DNA of 64,000 bases, from IMG/VR virus record IMGVR_UViG_2839242338_000001, positions 32,083 through 96,082 of that record, one strand, 5' to 3'. This stretch comes from a virus. Lineage: Duplodnaviria; Caudoviricetes. Made by a program: the position numbers and the translations under genes. Below are positions 62,647-64,000 of the stretch, piece by piece (positions within the stretch are counted from its first letter, which is position 1; the number at the start of each line of letters is the position of its first letter). The notes under the pieces were generated by a model, which was not told where the DNA came from, searched no databases, and was given only the letters and a program-made list of their open reading frames with translations.

Positions 62647-63657
62647 ATGATCCCTGAACAAGCTTGGCAATTAGTACCCAAAGAATTGCCTTTAAATTTG
62701 GAAAATTGGATTTTAAATTTTGCTGATTCCTCTGAGTTTAGTGATCGTGAGCGTAGAGCTTATATATGGGCAAATCATTTGCTATCAAAATTAAATAGCT
62801 TTGAAATTTCTACAGCAATTCTTGGGCTACTTCCTACAGGTGACCGAACAGAATATAATATCGCCGATATTTCAGCAGGATTTATTATATATCAAAATGA
62901 TAATCCGTCGGCGCGTAAAGTTCGAATGTCGTATGCTGGTGTCTCATCAGTTGAAGTAGAGGGTAATAATTATGCATTTGGAATAGTTATTGGTATTTCA
63001 ATGCCGGAATCAGTCGATATATCTGAAAACACATATGAACTTTCACAATTAATAACTATCCAAGGATTTCCTGTTTTAGCTGAGTACAGAATTATTGACG
63101 AGCATGCTCCTCCTCACCCATTAGGTGTCGTTTCAAGCTGTTATGTTAAACCTAGATATGGTAAAAGATTTATAGGGCCTTCTTGGTCAGATGGAATAAT
63201 TATTGCCCGGCATACTCTTGCAAGTATAGGCTTTTCAACCGGAGTATCAGTTCCTATGAGTTCAGGAGTGAGCATGAAAGTTGTTGATATTGATAGTGCA
63301 ACAACTATTGATGCTGCTATAATTGACTGTACATCAATGTCTTCTTCAGCTTCTCGTTTAGCCTTGGCTACTATAGCGCCTGGATCATTAGTTAATACTT
63401 ATACGGTTACTCGAACATTCTCTGCAACAGTTCTTCGGATTTTCGAACACCCACATTATGTAGGGAACATGTTCTCCCATCGTGTTTTTGTTGACTCTGT
63501 CGGGATAAAAGGTGATAGTGGGTCACTTGTGCTAAGCACTGTTAAAGCGGATGCAGTTGGTATTTACATTGGTAAAACTTTGGGGACACCACCAGAAGGA
63601 ATAATACAAGCAATGAGACAAATAGTGGAGTATTTTGACGTTGAAATATTTAATTAA
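62647..63657 (+). CDS. Trypsin-like serine protease with an uncharacterised N-terminal region
   Basis: ARH, DAAII and GDSGS catalytic triad motifs; no signal peptide. Confidence 0.75.
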   Translation: MIPEQAWQLVPKELPLNLENWILNFADSSEFSDRERRAYIWANHLLSKLNSFEISTAILGLLPTGDRTEYNIADISAGFIIYQNDNPSARKVRMSYAGVSSVEVEGNNYAFGIVIGISMPESVDISENTYELSQLITIQGFPVLAEYRIIDEHAPPHPLGVVSSCYVKPRYGKRFIGPSWSDGIIIARHTLASIGFSTGVSVPMSSGVSMKVVDIDSATTIDAAIIDCTSMSSSASRLALATIAPGSLVNTYTVTRTFSATVLRIFEHPHYVGNMFSHRVFVDSVGIKGDSGSLVLSTVKADAVGIYIGKTLGTPPEGIIQAMRQIVEYFDVEIFN

Positions 63658-63676
63658 ACCCAAATAACATATCCTT

Positions 63677-64000
63677 ATGTCAAACTGGATTCCAATCATT
63701 ACTGCTAAGAGAACTATCACCTCGTTGGAACAAGATCGTGGTCACGATGAGAAACAGGGAGTTATTCCCAATCTAGTTAATAGTGTCGTCAATAATATAG
63801 ATGCTGACCATTTTATAGATCAAGTCGAAGGAATAGCTACAAAAGTTCAAGCTATTGCTGAACGCATGAAAGGACGTGTCAGTGAATTTGAAGTAGATGA
63901 AATTACCATTTCGCTTGCTATATCGGCAGATGGTAGTATTGGAATCGCTACTGTAGGAGCAGAAGCCTCAATTGAAATAAGTTTTAAGCGGAATAAATAA
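63677..64000 (+). CDS. Pepco/Trypco-like peptidase co-occurring domain protein
   Basis: FEVDEITISLAISADGSIGIATVGAEASIEISFKR. Confidence 0.7.
   Translation: MSNWIPIITAKRTITSLEQDRGHDEKQGVIPNLVNSVVNNIDADHFIDQVEGIATKVQAIAERMKGRVSEFEVDEITISLAISADGSIGIATVGAEASIEISFKRNK

Noticed and set aside
1-64000. CRISPR array, DGR or retron
   Set aside because: No regularly spaced repeat-spacer array, reverse transcriptase motif or TR/VR pair was seen by eye

Overview
AT/GC-mosaic accessory region from a Bacteroidota genome (Cytophagales/Spirosoma-like, inferred from protein families and TAnnTTTG-type promoters). It is a stack of mobile elements at a tRNA-Pro(TGG) 3' end. (1) 1-~6700: right end of a satellite/NBU-like integrative element (tyrosine integrase, excisionase, DUF3987 helicase, BT4734/VirE-N primase) ending in a duplicated tRNA 3' half. 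(2) 6676-52000: a ~45 kb siphovirus-type prophage bounded by 24-bp direct repeats, with integrase, repressor switch, primase-helicase and origin, head, terminase, portal, lysis and tail modules. It also carries AT-rich morons (AbiGi-like, Abi-alpha/DUF4393-like), a ParB + GREB1/TAGT-like glycosyltransferase pair, and an IS630 insertion that splits a tail gene. (3) 52001-64000: a defence/IS island with a two-gene Lamassu (Cap4-type nuclease + SMC-like ATPase), an IS630-MITE-IS630 train, another integrase/excisionase pair, and a trypsin-like protease + Pepco/Trypco-like pair. The most notable unexplained signal is a bipartite motif (GTCCTAC-N20-nnnnTTTG-like, minus strand) found six times, once before each late operon of the prophage. 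Other unexplained signals are a multibranch leader RNA that buries a start codon, a nested/fused lysis cassette, and composite TGTCCC boxes embedded in the satellite's genes. Many genes are split by single-base losses in G/C homopolymers, most likely long-read assembly errors. All protein family calls come from motif recognition by eye, not database searches.
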